Assembly: GCF_006345805.1 (NCBI RefSeq)
Contig: NC_043008.1
Coordinates: forward strand, 76,942,001-77,006,000
DNA from: Octopus sinensis
Lineage: Eukaryota
Direction: 5' to 3'
Length of the DNA: 64,000 nucleotides
The position numbers were made by a program, and so were the translations under genes. The number at the start of each line of letters is the position of its first letter. Positions within the stretch are counted from its first letter, which is position 1. Positions 38,068 to 51,966 of the stretch are shown one piece after another. The notes beneath the pieces were generated by a model. It had not been told where the DNA came from and did not search any database. It saw only the letters and a list, made by a program, of their open reading frames with translations.

Positions 38068-39249
38068 CAGGGTGCGTAATATATTTGAGGACACCTTTTT
38101 GGATCATTGCTGCATTTTTTACTAACGCTGTATAATCATTGTTTCAGAAAAAACAAAAAAATATAAAACAATGGCAGGCCCTCATCTTAATCAAGAAAGG
38201 CTGAGCATAGCGATTTAAAAATATCTCGATTTTAAAAAGTTGCCAGTTCTTTCGTCTACAAGGTTTGTAAGATTGAAGATGGAAATGTTTCACCAGTATC
38301 AAAGCATAAAAAGCATTCTAAATGTTCTGAAATCATCAGAACACATGAATTTATCAAGCAAGTTCAACAGACCATTGATTACAATCCCAGAAAGTCCATG
38401 AGGTCAATTGCAAAAGATGTGTCCGAAGGAACAGTCAGAAATGTCCACTAAAACATCAGATATAAGTGTTATATGATAAGGAAAGAGGAATGATCAATTT
38501 ATCTGAAAAGCAAAAGAAAATCACTACATCAGATCTAAAAGGCTCTTAAACTGAAAAACCTAGCAGAAGATTTGATTTGGTTTTTCTCAAACGAGAAAAA
38601 CTTCGACGAAGATCAAAAAGTTAACAGAAGAAATAACAGGTGGTTATGTGCAGACTCTTCTGAAGTGCCAAGTGTTATGCATACACTATTTCCTGCAACT
38701 GTCATGGTTTTAGGGGTTGTCAGGATTGAAGGACATGTGATGCCTCCTTACTTCTTTCCACAAGGCCTTAGAGTTAACTCCGCCGCCTACATTGAGTTCC
38801 TGGAAACAATTGTTAAGCACTGGATAAACAGTGCAATGGAAGACCATATATGTTTCAGTAAGACTTTTCCCTATCACACATGGCTCTAGTAACACAGGAA
38901 TGGATGGCTGAAAAGTTTCATGATCACATAAACCCTAACATTTGGCCTCCTAATTCCCCAGATTTCAATCCATGTGGATCGTTGTTGAGTGAGAGGTCAA
39001 TGAACAAGCCTACAACAACAAAGATACTTTGAAAGCTGCTATAATCAGCGTAATGCCCAAAATGAACCAGGACCACTTGATTCGAGCATGTAGGTGATTT
39101 AGATCTTCCATAGAAGCAATTGTTGAAGCTGAAGGTGGCTTTATTGAATAACATTATAGAAAAGAAAGTTCATTTTTACCCTCATAACATTTTTTTATAA
39201 AGTTATTATCTGTTGTTATATATCTGTCCTCAAATATCTTACGTTCCTG
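38068..39249 (+). mobile_element. Tc1/mariner (maT/DD37D-like) transposon with decayed transposase and intact ends
   Basis: TA|CAGGGTGCGTAATATATTTGAGGAC at the left and GTCCTCAAATATCTTACGTTCCTG|TA at the right. Motifs FFSNEKNF, VMVLGVV, WPPNSPDFNP and LKAAII..IEAIVEAEGGFIE. Confidence 0.88.
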
Positions 39250-39378
39250 TATATCCATATATACGTATGTATGTATGTATGTATGTATGTAGATAGATGA
39301 TAGATAGATAGATAGATGTGTGTGTATATGGGTGCGTACATATATGCTTGTATGTATGTTTTTATGCACATGTATGTA

Positions 39379-39463
<85 letters not shown>

Positions 39464-39915
39464 GTGTGTGTGTGTGTAAAATGCTGTTAAAGAAGAAAAA
39501 CAGAAAGAAATTAAAAGAGAAGTAACAAGGGATCCAGAAGTCTAAAGTTCAAACACCATACAGAAACTTTTCGTTAAAAAAGGAGAAAAGATTTATTCAC
39601 ATGCGAACGAATAAATCGCCAACTCAGAATTGCTTTCTTTTGTGTGTTTAACTGAAATTCATAAATTTGAACGTAACATTTAAAAAGGAACAGAAAGGAG
39701 CTAAAGAGAAGAAAAGGAGGGAAAAGGAGGGACCTAAAAAGAAAGAAATCCCAAAGTTTCTAAAAACACTCTAGTAACTCAGTTTTGAACAGATACACTA
39801 GAAGTGTGTCAATGAGAAGGTCACAGAAGAGTAACGACAACTTTTAGTAATTCATAATTTAGAAGTAAAGGAAAAATACAGTTGTTGCGTGATTTTAGTT
39901 AGAATTAGCATGATG

Positions 39916-40012
<97 letters not shown>

Positions 40013-40689
40013 TGTGTGTGTGTATGTTGGAGCACGTACACTCACACAGACATTCACAGAAATTTTTTATATATGTATATACACATGTTTATGTATAAGT
40101 GCGGTTAGTTGTTCGCAAGGCAGAAAGAAGCACACTCAAAAAGTGCATTTCACGATTATTCTTTTATATATGCCGAGTACTTTTCTGGTGATAGCCTAGA
40201 ACCGGTCAGAGAATTACCATTGGCTTCGCTCAATTCCTGTCATAGTCTGTGTCCCGCTTTATCTTCCTGAGAACTACGTTATGCGGATCTGTGGAGTGCA
40301 TAGCTACTTGCATATTAATTTCAGGAGCAGGCTGTTCTGCTGATCGGATCAACTGGTATAATCATCGTAACCGACGGAATGTCAGTTTAGTACGTGTAAG
40401 CGGTGTTATTATCTAAGCTAATTCTGCAAGAAACTAGCTTTAACTTATAAGTTTATATATCAATTCATAAGTATGTATATTAAATTTGTAAGTTTGTATA
40501 TTGTATGCAGCTGGGACTTTACTGAGTACATTACAAAATTTTGTGTGTGTGTGATAAATATTGGAGATGCTTTGCCCAACGCAGAAACTACTGGAGCTAC
40601 TCGGCGGTCTTATAAGATCTTCTGATGAATCCATCGTTACGCAGAAACAGTTCAGTGTCATCAGCTGGCATCTCAGGGTTACATTTCAC

Positions 40690-42945
40690 TTGAAACTAGT
40701 CTTCACCTGCTGAAAGGTTCCACTTGGGATCTCTTATCGACCATAGCCACCTTGAGTTGCTTTCAGTTGCTGTGCCCATCTCCTTAGTCGCTTTCTTAAG
40801 TTGTCTGAGTTCCAGGACTATCTTCCATAAGAAATAGCACACCAAAACAAAAAGAAGGTGACGGGCAGCCGACTTCGATATAAGGTCTTCTTCAGCTGGT
40901 GAGAAATGTGATGTTCGTCTACCCAGGGCGCTCGAGTTCACTCACCCTCGATTATTTTGCACTCCTGAGTAACAGGAACATGTCTGGTCGGAGCGATTTT
41001 ACCGCTATCTCTTCTGTGAAAACAAGTCTACCCTTCAAGTCCTGTTGCATCTCCCAGTTTGGGACTGGAACCAAAACGGAATGTAGGTTTCTTACAGTTG
41101 CTTTTGTCTTATCTTTGTTTTTTTCTCCCAGTAATCTGATACTTTGGGCATGGAAGACTGCTATTTTTGTAGCCTTAACCCTCTGTAGGTTTGTTTATTT
41201 GAAGACTTCTGTGAGGACCTTGTCGTGCCTACAATTGTATCAGCCCTCTCATAGTGCTCGAGGGAATCCGGTCAAAGTGCGATTAAGAGTACATAGTTGC
41301 TTCACGCTGACTGCAAGACTAGTTTTCTTCTTTGCTTCATGTTTTAAGATTATTTATATTCGACATCGGGTCAGCAATGACGCACAGGTGGAAGGAAAAT
41401 GTTTTTCTAGTCAGTACTCCAAAGTCCCCTCCAGGACAGTAGGCATTCCAAATGCCTGGTTCAATTGTCTACATTCTCTCTGGTGGGCGGGTCCCAGTGT
41501 TTTTACGCGGCAGTCTTCTTTTCAATCACGAATCCTTTGTTCTATGAGCTCTTTCTTGCTTCTGGTATTCGTACTTTTCCACCTTATGGCTCTGTAGTTG
41601 CAAAGTTCCAAACATGCTTGCAGACTATTCCAATAATATCCTAGTGTTTCCAGTATTCTGCTGCATTTTATGGTCTTATTGGCATTCCCGACTTTCTCAT
41701 CTTTAGATGGAAGCAATGTGCTGATTGCTCTTGCTTTTGTGGTTTTGAATTCCTCCACAATGAAACTGGTAGGCGGAGCTTAGAAATCTTGCTCTACAGA
41801 TTGACAGAGTTGAGGGTTGGATGCCCGCTCTTTCATACACACACGAATCTACAGCGCAATCTTTACAATGCCCCCACCTGAACCATTAAAGTCATAAAGC
41901 AAGAATGGCCTCTGTAGTCTGAGTACGAGGCTTTACTGGAATTACTGTATTTTGAATCTCTCAACAAGCTGACTTCTATCAGCTGCCTTCAGCCAGTTGC
42001 TTAGAAGGGTGTTAGAGTCTTTAGCATTGGTATTGTTCTTAAAAGTATAATCATAAGTCTTCCCAACAAACTCTTTCTTGGTTTGTTGGAGTCTCAGTGC
42101 CCTGATACTGAAGATGTCATTTGCCAGCCTTCCTTTGAAGGTACTCAGAGTGTTCCTTGGACTGATAGTGTCACGATCGCTATCTCACTCATGGAGGCCC
42201 TGCAGACTCATGTTGTCATCGGTTTCAGGTCATTTCTGCTCTTTTCTTCCAACCTAAATCTGTAAGATCATGGTCTTGACAAACAGGACAACGGCAATAA
42301 TGCTCACAATCATAATGCCTTGTCCTAGTTTCTGCCATTCAGTGTGGAAAATTCCATGGTGAACTTTATCTTCAGTGAATCCATGTGAGATATTATGAAC
42401 TTGATTAGTGTTTTTGGTATTTGTTTGTACTACAGTGCTCTTTGAATTAGCTAGTGGGGCATACTTTTGTAGACTTTGGCGAGATCTAACCATACCACTG
42501 AGAGTGTATTGTTTATTCTTCCTTGCTTTCTTGATAGTGTGGCTGATTACTGATGTACGTTCTAAGCATCGTTATTTGTGTTGATGCAGCACTGGCCAGT
42601 AGATATGTTGCTAATTTTTTGGTAATGATGTCCACATGGAAAACTTTTGTAAATTCTATAAGTGGTGTCATATGTCCCATGAGAAGACACCACCAGCGTT
42701 TTTAACAGCAAAGTGAAGTCTGCATGTTGAAGGGGTTTGGTGTTTGAGCTTTAGCATTGAAAATGGACAATGTCTCTACGGAATCTTTCTTCTGTAGTTA
42801 CTGTCTATCTTTTCTTAGAACAAATCAAGGTACCGCTTTTGAACTGGAAAGAGTTGTTAAAAAACGACCTCCATTTGCATTTGACTCTTTTTCTCCCCTC
42901 CCCCCTCTCTCTCTATCTCTATCTCTATCTATCTATCTATCTATC

Positions 42946-42988
<43 letters not shown>

Positions 42989-43740
42989 CCTTTTCCGGAG
43001 TGACTCTGCATTGCAAAGGAGTAGGTTCCTTCGTAAGCTGGTTTAAGACCACTTTTCCTTTATCATCTGCTTCTATACATCTTTTCTTCACCTGACATAG
43101 CTCTTTTCTCAATTCTGCAGTCATACGCTGCTTCCCACAGGACCCATATTGCTTGCAAGCTTTTCTTTTCTCCTACCAAAGGCATCTTGGCATGTCTGGA
43201 ATATCACTTGCACCATGGTTCTTAACTTCCTCGTTTCGTCACCTTTCAAGAATGTTGTTCCCATGCAACTGAGCCCATCTCATATCGGTCACTTGTGACA
43301 GATTCAGCAGTAATTTCTTCTGGAAGCATTCAGAATAATCTCCTCTTCTTGATCAGAGACCCTGAGCATGCAGTTTGCTTCTTAGCCCTGGTGTTCCTCC
43401 GACAAGCAGTTCTAATACAGACAAAAGTGAGAACCCTGGATATTATCAGATGCTTTGCGATCTATAATTGCTCTTTACACTTAGATTTGCCTTGGTGAAT
43501 CTTCACGCAATATGCTCTCCTAAATTCCTCCACCCCAGAGGCTGTGTCTCTTTGTGGTTTCATACCCCACTCCATCCCGACTTCCTTGTGTCCAATCTCG
43601 AAATCTGAACATCGTTGAGTACCATTCTTTTAAGCAGAATATCCCCCCACCACCTCGATCTGCTTAGAGACATTCTCTCTGATTTGAGCTTGTAGCTTGT
43701 GAAAACAGTGCTTTGGGGACGCCAGCCCTTACTCTGTCCC
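40690..43740 (-). mobile_element. Heavily decayed HERO-like (RLE-type) non-LTR retrotransposon
   Basis: DLAKVYKSMPH, WQKLGQGIM..VVLFVKTM, VEEFKTTKAR, Y(N)CRHDKVLTEV, LRPDMFL and the terminal SRWLWSIRDPKW, all across frameshifts. Confidence 0.7.
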
Positions 43741-44068
43741 AGGAAGGATGAGAGGTATAGTTCATTTCAGTAGAATTTGAACTCGAAACGTAAATAACCG
43801 TAAATAAATACCTCAAGGCATTTACTTTGACGCTCTGTGGTTGCCGCTAATTTACTGCCCTTGATCGTACGTTTTTGACTGAGTGACTTACAGAGAAAGA
43901 GGGGGAGAGAGAAAGAGAGACAGACAGACAGATGGAGGGAAAGAGAGAGAAACAGAGGCAAAGAGAGAGAAACAGAAGCAGAGATAAAGAGCGGCAGAGA
44001 GAAGCCGAGAGAGAGAGAGAGGAAATGTAAAGGACGCGCAAATTATAGGAGTGAAGAGTAGAGAAAGA

Positions 44069-44108
<40 letters not shown>

Positions 44109-44389
44109 GTAGAGGAGTAAGAACGAAAAAAGAAATATGTTGTAAAGAGGAAGAAAGACATAAAAGAGAACATATAAGAGAGTGTTAGAGGAGGAAGTTA
44201 TAAAATGAATGAGAGAGAGAGTGAGAAAAGAAAGACAGAACAAAAAGAAAGAACAAAAACAGAGTTTTGTGTGTGAAAGGCGTGACTGATAGAGAGAAAC
44301 AGATCGAGAGAGCACGGTAGGTAGATAAAAAGAAAGAGAAAGTGAGGGAGAGGTATAACTATTTGAAGGTAGTTTAGTACAAGCGGAGT

Positions 44390-44628
44390 GGTGATACACG
44401 TGAAGTGGGAGTCACATGCTGTAGTTCTCGTGTTTTTCAGCAACATCACGCGGGCAAAGCGAGAATGGACGGCCGCCGTTAAACGCTAACGAATAATGAC
44501 GTCACATCACACACGCGCTCGCGCACAAACTCTCTCTCTCTCTATCTCTCTCTCTCTCTCTCCTTTCCTCTCTTTCTCCTCTCTTTATATGTCTCTTCTC
44601 TCTCCCTCTTTCCCCCTCTTTCTCTGAC

Positions 44629-44661
<33 letters not shown>

Positions 44662-44714
44662 CATATATATACACGTACGTACATACCCCTCACACATATA
44701 CATTCATAGAAGTA

Positions 44715-44745
<31 letters not shown>

Positions 44746-45034
44746 GTGTTTGTGTGTACACTGCGCAGCAGGTTGGTGGTGGGCTGTTTTCTATGTGAAG
44801 GTCAACGTCTGGGGGAAGCGGACATCACACACAACATCCTTCCTGTATGCCCACCCCTCCTTATCCTCCTCTCGCCATTACTCCTGGCTGCTGAATCACT
44901 CTGAAACAAATACCAACTTCGTTGCTGTTGCTAATGCTATTGCTGCTGCTGTTATTGTTATTATGGTTGTGGTTGCTGTTGAGGATATTGAATGGTAATA
45001 GAGGGGTGGTAGCCTATACAGTGTTGTATATTAC

Positions 45035-45068
<34 letters not shown>

Positions 45069-45200
45069 ATATTATTGACTCTAACAATTATTATTATGTA
45101 AGATGGCGATGTTGGTTGAACGCCAAATAAACCGCATAACTACAGTGTTTCCCCACACCCTGTGACGTCACAACAGGCAGTCATGTGACACACCCATTTC
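44390..45200. promoter_or_regulatory. Candidate promoter region
   Basis: Local CpG enrichment with CACGTG (44397), two perfect TGACGTCA sites (44497, 45163), YY1-like AAGATGGCG (45100) and GTCATGTGAC (45180), upstream of a candidate start exon. Confidence 0.45.
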
Positions 45201-45682
45201 TGCAACAGAAACTTGTTATTTTAAAAAGTTTTCCAACATATTTATAACCAGTTTAAAATAGTAGCTAAATCTATCTCAAATAACGTTCTATCATCTAAAA
45301 ACTAGGAAGGGCACATTGGGAAAATATGGATCAACCTTTTATTTGAATATAACGTTTAATGGTCACAGGTGGAATGTCTAAGCTCATAAGTCTACGGGCG
45401 AGGTATAGTTGGGAGCTAAACAATAATATATTGCTGTAGGTGGGGTGGCGCTGATGGTGGTGGTGGTTTTGGTAGTGAAACTGTTTATAATGATGGAGAC
45501 CAATGATGATGATACTTGCGGTTGTAGTAGTTGTGGTTTTTGGTGGCAGTGGTTGTAGTGGAGGTAGAGATAGTTGTGGTAGTTTTAGTGGTAGTGGTAG
45601 TAATGGTGGTGGTAGTAGTGGTAGGTTAATGAGGTAGGACATATGGGTGCCATCGGTAGTAATCTCATCAATCCTTTACAGA

Positions 45683-45768
45683 ATGGCCCGTCGTGCATGG
45701 GCTCCCCACCTGATTTACAGTTTAACTGTGATTCTAGTCTGCTTGACCGGTGGAGACAGGAGGGTGGG
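45683..45768 (+). CDS. Candidate first coding exon of a secreted or membrane protein (MARRAWAPHLIYSLTVILVCLTGGDRRV, phase-2 intron)
   Basis: Strong start context (A at -3, G at +4), basic n-region plus hydrophobic h-region, canonical donor GG|GTAAGT at 45769 and a possible acceptor CCTTTACAG| at 45681. Confidence 0.6.
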
Positions 45769-46436
45769 GTAAGTCGTCCGCCGTGCCCTCTCTTGCCGGA
45801 ACCCAACACAAATCAAAACGTCAGTATCTTGAAATCATAAAGAGCCTGAGGTCCTTTGTAGCAGTGTCACCACTAACCAGTTAAAGTACTCTCACCTGAT
45901 TAGCATCGTCGTCCAAACTAGTTATGCCCCCGACCAAAGCCTAGAAGGGTGGAAATGTGCGCGTGTGTGTGAGTGTGTGTGTGTGCGCGCGTGTGTGTGA
46001 GTGTGTGTGCGCGCGCGCGCCACAGAACCCCCAAACACTAAGCGCCAATCTCTAAGAGTTTTGTAAACCAAATTCGATTACCTATGAAGAAAAGCCAACC
46101 AATACCAATGAAAATGATCCCCACGAACTATTAATCCACACTTTCCACTTTACAAGAATGATGGACAACTCAGAATAACGAGACTAACATATACGAAATT
46201 CATAATCAAGCATAAAAATGTGTAATCCAATTATCAGCTGTCAAACAGATATCACTATGGTCAAAAGGATATCACCTGGACAGTACCATTCAAGCCGGTG
46301 GTATCAATGGCGTCAAAAATATAAATGCTGCCTCGAAATCCACCAGCTTATTACAACACAAAAGTAAAACAAACAGTATATGCATGCATACATACATACA
46401 TACATACATACATACATACATACATACATACATACA

Positions 46437-46469
<33 letters not shown>

Positions 46470-47005
46470 GGCTGCCCCCTCGTTATCGAGTATGGCCATT
46501 GCACGAAGCTTAACTGTTACTGGTGCTGTGATCGAATGTGACCTTTTAGCCCAGTTAAAGATCTACAATGTCTTGTACAAAATTGACAACTAAGACCTTT
46601 ACTGGTAATAGCCGGCTGTAGTTGTAACTAGGCTTCATGTACCTTTGCATGTCGTTTAAGTCGAATTACACTCTCTTCCACATGCCCGACAGATATGATT
46701 AGTATGTTGTGTTACACCATCACCAGTGGCCAGGTTGTCACTCATCTGTCTCGTTTTATGACTACGAAGACGACTCATGAGTCCAGCTTTACTGAGGCAG
46801 GGTCTTGCACAGACATTGCATGTCAGAATCAAAGGAAGACCCTTCCCTTCTGGAAGTATAACAGCGATGCCCTTCCTGACATCCTTCCTTACTTTCTCAT
46901 GTGCAACTCGAGATTTCTCAAACGTGGCTGTCCCCTCATGCACAATCCTTCTCCACCTGCTACGATCAATAGCTATGCCTTCCCATGTGTCAGGAGAGAT
47001 GCAAG
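46470..47005 (-). mobile_element. RTE-clade LINE 3' end with C2H2-type motif and 3' UTR, next to (TATG)n
   Basis: DTWEGIAIDRSRWRRIVHEG..TCNVCARPCLSKAGLMSRLRSH. Confidence 0.8.
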
Positions 47006-47011
47006 CATCTC

Positions 47012-47042
<31 letters not shown>

Positions 47043-47052
47043 CATACATACA

Positions 47053-47085
<33 letters not shown>

Positions 47086-47109
47086 GCATGCATGCATGCA
47101 TACATACAT

Positions 47110-47320
47110 AATTATTCAACGCTGTTAGCATAGTGTGCAGCTGATATGTGGTTTCGGCGATAGGTACGATGCCATCTCTGAATCGGAGGTGTGTTAGTAG
47201 CTTACCGTTGACGTTCACCCCATCTCTTCAGTCAATGACTCAACTGCTTTCGTCGACTACGGAAAAGCTTTTGGTAGCATTGAGATGAACGGAGTGCTGA
47301 AAGCTCTGGAATACCGATCT
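47110..47320. mobile_element. RTE RT fragments in opposite orientations
   Basis: Minus strand VNVNGKLLTHLRFRDGIV (47110-47225) abuts plus strand AFVDYGKAFGSIEMNGVLKAL (about 47240-47310). Confidence 0.7.
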
Positions 47321-47619
47321 TCTCCGGCTGCATCACCGATGTAGCTCTACTACCGCCAGCAGTAAAATTTCAGTTGAGAAGGATAAACAATACTTGGCTA
47401 TTTGATCGTTGTAACAGAGTGCTATAGTAATACAGTGTTCCCCTTGATGATCCGTCGCGGTTAGGCCTCCAATTCTACTTGGATCATTCAATGCTGATTT
47501 CCAATTAACTGCAATGATGACTCGTACGTAGGAACTAAATATATGTATACTGGTATTTATATACAAACATACATACATACATATATACATACATACATGC
47601 ATACATACATACACGTATG

Positions 47620-47683
<64 letters not shown>

Positions 47684-49510
47684 TACAGAGAGAAAGAGAG
47701 AGAGAGAGGACAGACAGGCAGGCAGACAGAGAAAGAGAAAGAGAGACAGACAGACAGACAGGTAGAAACAGAGAGAAAAAGAGAGAGAAATTGTTATTAA
47801 TCCAAACAAGTGGAGGCATTGAAAAAGAAGTTGAAAATGCTCAGATAATTTTTAAAATTAATTAGAATTTAATTATATTTTAAGATATAAGAATACACTA
47901 GACCAGTTCCACATTAGATTTTCAAAAATGTGCAGTGTATGGAGTTGTGTCATAAATTATGTTTATTTTGGTCGTTGTTACAAAAATAGTTTGTTTTAAA
48001 AAGCTGGAATGTGACTATGAATGCTATCAGTTAACGTACAATTCCATTGGTCAACGTTCGTGTATTACGCTCATGTGACACTCCGTTGAATGTCATTTAG
48101 CAGTTAGAAAAGAGAGATATGAATAACTGATATAATAATTGTTTATATAAAAGTGTTATAGATAATTATTGGTTATTATTCTGTCGAAGAATAATGATAT
48201 CAATTAATGCTAGTTTTCAACCATTGAACATTTCAAAAGGTATCCCTTTTAACAAGGTGTGGGACGAATGTGATAATTAGATGTGGGGTAAATAAGATAG
48301 ATGATAGTTGCTTCATGAATTTTGGTTTTTTTAAGAAGGAACCAAAGTAGACATTCTCCAGTAATTGATTCACAGGAAAAGGAAAATTGTGTATTGCTGA
48401 TAATGTTTTTATAGCCTGTTCAGCTGTGACGTATTTTTAATAAACGAACTTTCATTTTTAATTCTTGTTTGGTCTGGAGTATTGTCTGCACACTGATCGA
48501 GTGGGAAGACGAAAACATTTGGGAGATTTTGTATGTGTCCAAATTTTCATTAAGTAGAATTTGTCTTGTTTTGGGACCCCATGTTTGTTGACTATGAATA
48601 TTTAATCGCATTCTTAAAGTCGGTTTTGTCCAATTTCGTCTTCCCTGCATTCATTGCTTGCATTTGATGGGATAAACTGAATCTTTTGAAGAACAGGTAA
48701 AATGGTTTTTCATAATAAAAATTTAAATTTATAAGTTGTGTCCTCAATATGGTTCTCACAGGTACCACTACTGGATCGGCTACACTTTTTAACTGTTGAA
48801 GTTGAGTCCGTAGCTGGTAAGTAGCTTTAAGGACTTTGGTTGCCTTTTGCATTTGATTATTTTGTAGGATTCAGTTGCCTTTTTCATTCCTTGGTTCTAA
48901 CTCAATAACGGTATGTTCTGTAGGATACTGCTGAATGTTTTCTTGTTTCTTGGGTTATGTCCTGTAAAGACAGAGTTTTGGGTGTATCTGGACGGTTTTT
49001 GACTTTTCTTAATTCTTCAATATCTATTGCTTCGGTGCATTCCATTCCATTCTCTATTTGAGTCGACGGATACATTCTTTCCGGTAGCACCTGTTTTATT
49101 TCAAAGAGTTTTTTTTTTTTCTGAACATCAGATTGGAAACAATTGTTCGGATTCTTCTAGATAGATTAAATGGAATATTGTATCTGGTATGTTTCGGGTG
49201 GCATGGAGAAAACAGTAGGTATATATATATATATAATATATATATTATATATTATATATATATATATATTATATATATATGAGATGCATTCCAGAAGTTT
49301 TGATACTGGATCTGAGGTAAGGATATACAGCTCTAGACTTAAAATAAGCTATCATGTGAGTGCATAAGTTATATATCTGACCTGTACACATGTTAGGTGT
49401 CCTTATCGATTTCAAAGCAATTTTTAATTTTGCCCTCCTAGAATTTAAGTCTTTGATCCACAACCGGGACATTCTTGGACATATCAGTGTCAACCGAGAC
49501 CAGTTTGCAA

Positions 49511-49546
<36 letters not shown>

Positions 49547-49725
49547 ATATATACACACATTTATGTAATTTATTTAAAGGTCACAATACATGTATTAAAG
49601 CGCTATTAATAGTTTCATGTGTTCAGAGAACTCAAACATCCTTCAGGCGCAAAAGTTTAAAATAATACTTATCTCTCACCGGATAAAGTACTTTTTTGCT
49701 GAATTTTCTATCACGGATCAGTACA

Positions 49726-49757
<32 letters not shown>

Positions 49758-49947
49758 TAATATATTAGAAGTATTTCTATCCAGAAGATCCAAGGTGGCA
49801 GGTAATGCTACGTAAGTGCTATGGAAAGACCGTTAGTTAAACTCTTGGTTCGATAATGATACGAGTGAGGTGTCTAATGTTAAATAAAATGTGACAACAA
49901 AGCCAAGACTGGGTGGAATTTTCAGGACATATATAAATAGAGCGTTA

Positions 49948-49995
49948 GTCTTACAGCTGTTTCTGGGATATTAGAGATATTCCTTCAACAGAGAC
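49948..49995 (-). ncRNA. Type I hammerhead motif, A6U variant
   Basis: Minus strand GUCU-CUGUUGA-A-GGAAUAU(CUCUA)AUAUCCC-A-GAAAC-AGCU-GUA-AGAC, with a perfect ACAGCUGU palindrome at stem III. Confidence 0.68.
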
Positions 49996-50892
49996 GAAGT
50001 GTGATGGTTAAATAGAATGAAATATTAGAGTTCAGTACGAGGAGTTATTTTCGAAAAGGAAGCAAATAAGGAGTTTATAGGGAAACAGGAGAATGAATGT
50101 AGAAATAAAAATAAAAGTGTATAAATATGTTAGAGCTGCATTCCATTATCCAAGGTAAGTGGTGTTTAGAAGTAGTAGAAATACTTCCTTTCCATGGTAT
50201 CACGAATGGAAAGTGTGGAGACGTAGGTTCTATGTGCTGTTCATTCAAAGAGGTCTTGTAGTGTCAATGAAAATTTGAGAATGTATTGGTAGTATTAAAT
50301 GGATAGAGGGAAGAGAAGAGATGTGTGTGTTAAAATGAAGAGAGAGGTCAAAGGAAAAGGTGAGAAAAGAACAAGAAATGAAAGAGGAAGAGAAAACGAA
50401 AACAAGAAGAGAGAGTGAAAATGTGTAAGAAAGTGAAAAAATGAGTGTTAGTTGGTGGTCACGATATTATGTGGGGATGGGAGAAGAGTAGGGGAGGGGT
50501 AGGAAGAGGTAAGAATGTAAGTAGTAAATATGTGTGAGGTAGAGTGATATGTTAGAATGGCATTAAGGGATGGGTACAAAAAATGTATAGGAGGGTTTTT
50601 TTTCTAGATTAGTAAACCACAAATTGGGAGGAAAGAATATTAAGAATGGTCAAGTTTCTATAAATAGACTTATGTTTTTATTCTACTGGCTAATGTGATA
50701 ATGTGGGAAGAGGAATCAGAGAAAGAGAGAAAGAAAGAAGTGTATATCGATATATGCACGCACACACGTACATATGTACGTATGTACGTGTGCATTATTA
50801 TATAGGCCTTGCGTACTTGTGCATTTAAACCCGTACGCATACATGCATGCACATACATATAGAAACGTACATATACATACATACATACATAT

Positions 50893-50942
<50 letters not shown>

Positions 50943-51082
50943 GTATGTATTATGTATGTATGTATGTATATATACAGACGCACACACACGCATACCCATA
51001 AATACATGCATATACACATATACGTGCGCACATACACACGTATACATACACGTGTATACACACATACACGTACAATTAATAT

Positions 51083-51480
51083 GATTAGAGACAATGAATT
51101 TTCTAAATATAAATTCCCCCTCCAAAAGCAACTTTCACATACAATAAAACGGATCACTTCATCACCTAAATTGCACGACTTCTCTGATAAAACGGTAAAT
51201 ATGTACCATATTACCATCGATGAATACAACAAATTCATCAAGAAGGAACTCTACAAGTCTTATAAACTGGCACCGACATCCGACCTTGACAACATCAACA
51301 CCAACCATTGCAAGCTTATGAACAAATTACGCGTGGACGACCGCACAGAACTTTACTGCCCTACATCTCCACACTTCAACCTTAAAGAACATAAGAAGGA
51401 CTTCTTAACTAAACCATCAATACGCCTCATATCCCTACCTGGGAAGAATAATCAAAAATATTCTAGATAAAATGATACCA
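51083..51480 (+). mobile_element. Penelope-like element RT N-terminal fragment
   Basis: SDKTVNMY..YK..DDRTE..NLKEHKKDFLTKPSIRLI matches the DKT..Y / LKDHKxNF..P..RLINP pattern of Penelope-like RTs. Confidence 0.75.
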
Positions 51481-51917
51481 ATCATCAAAAAGAAATTGAA
51501 CATCAATTTATTGGTACAGAGGCCAGTGAGAACAGGACAGTGAGAACAAAACAGTAAAAACAAACGGTGAGGGTTGTTAAGTCAAGACGATAGAAAAATT
51601 ATGAACGCTAGGAAGACGAACTTATGAAGGAGACAATATAAGCACGTTGTTGTCTTTACGAAGGTAGTGGTCAGAAAGATAGATTCTCTTTCGTCACGTG
51701 TCAGCAACGAGAGAGTCGAGGAGGAGGAGTGAGAGAGAGGGAACGGTGAAGAGGAGAGGATAATATATATATATATATATGTTCTTGCGACCTGGGTCAT
51801 TCTTACTTCCATGAAAATATTTTCTTCATACGTGGGACTGGCTGAGTAAGCATTTATAGCAACATTCTTTACATGATCACTTCCTTCGCTAGACATAACA
51901 TTCAGGTCTCTCTCTCC

Positions 51918-51966
<49 letters not shown>

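Noticed and set aside
40230-40390. GC-balanced repeat fragment with local hairpins, considered as a possible ribozyme
   Set aside because: It could not be fitted by eye to a hammerhead, HDV-like, twister or pistol core. An Infernal scan would be needed.
48400-49150. Broken minus-strand frames with FGHI, a possible LINE ORF1 remnant
   Set aside because: Too degraded to assign to a family.
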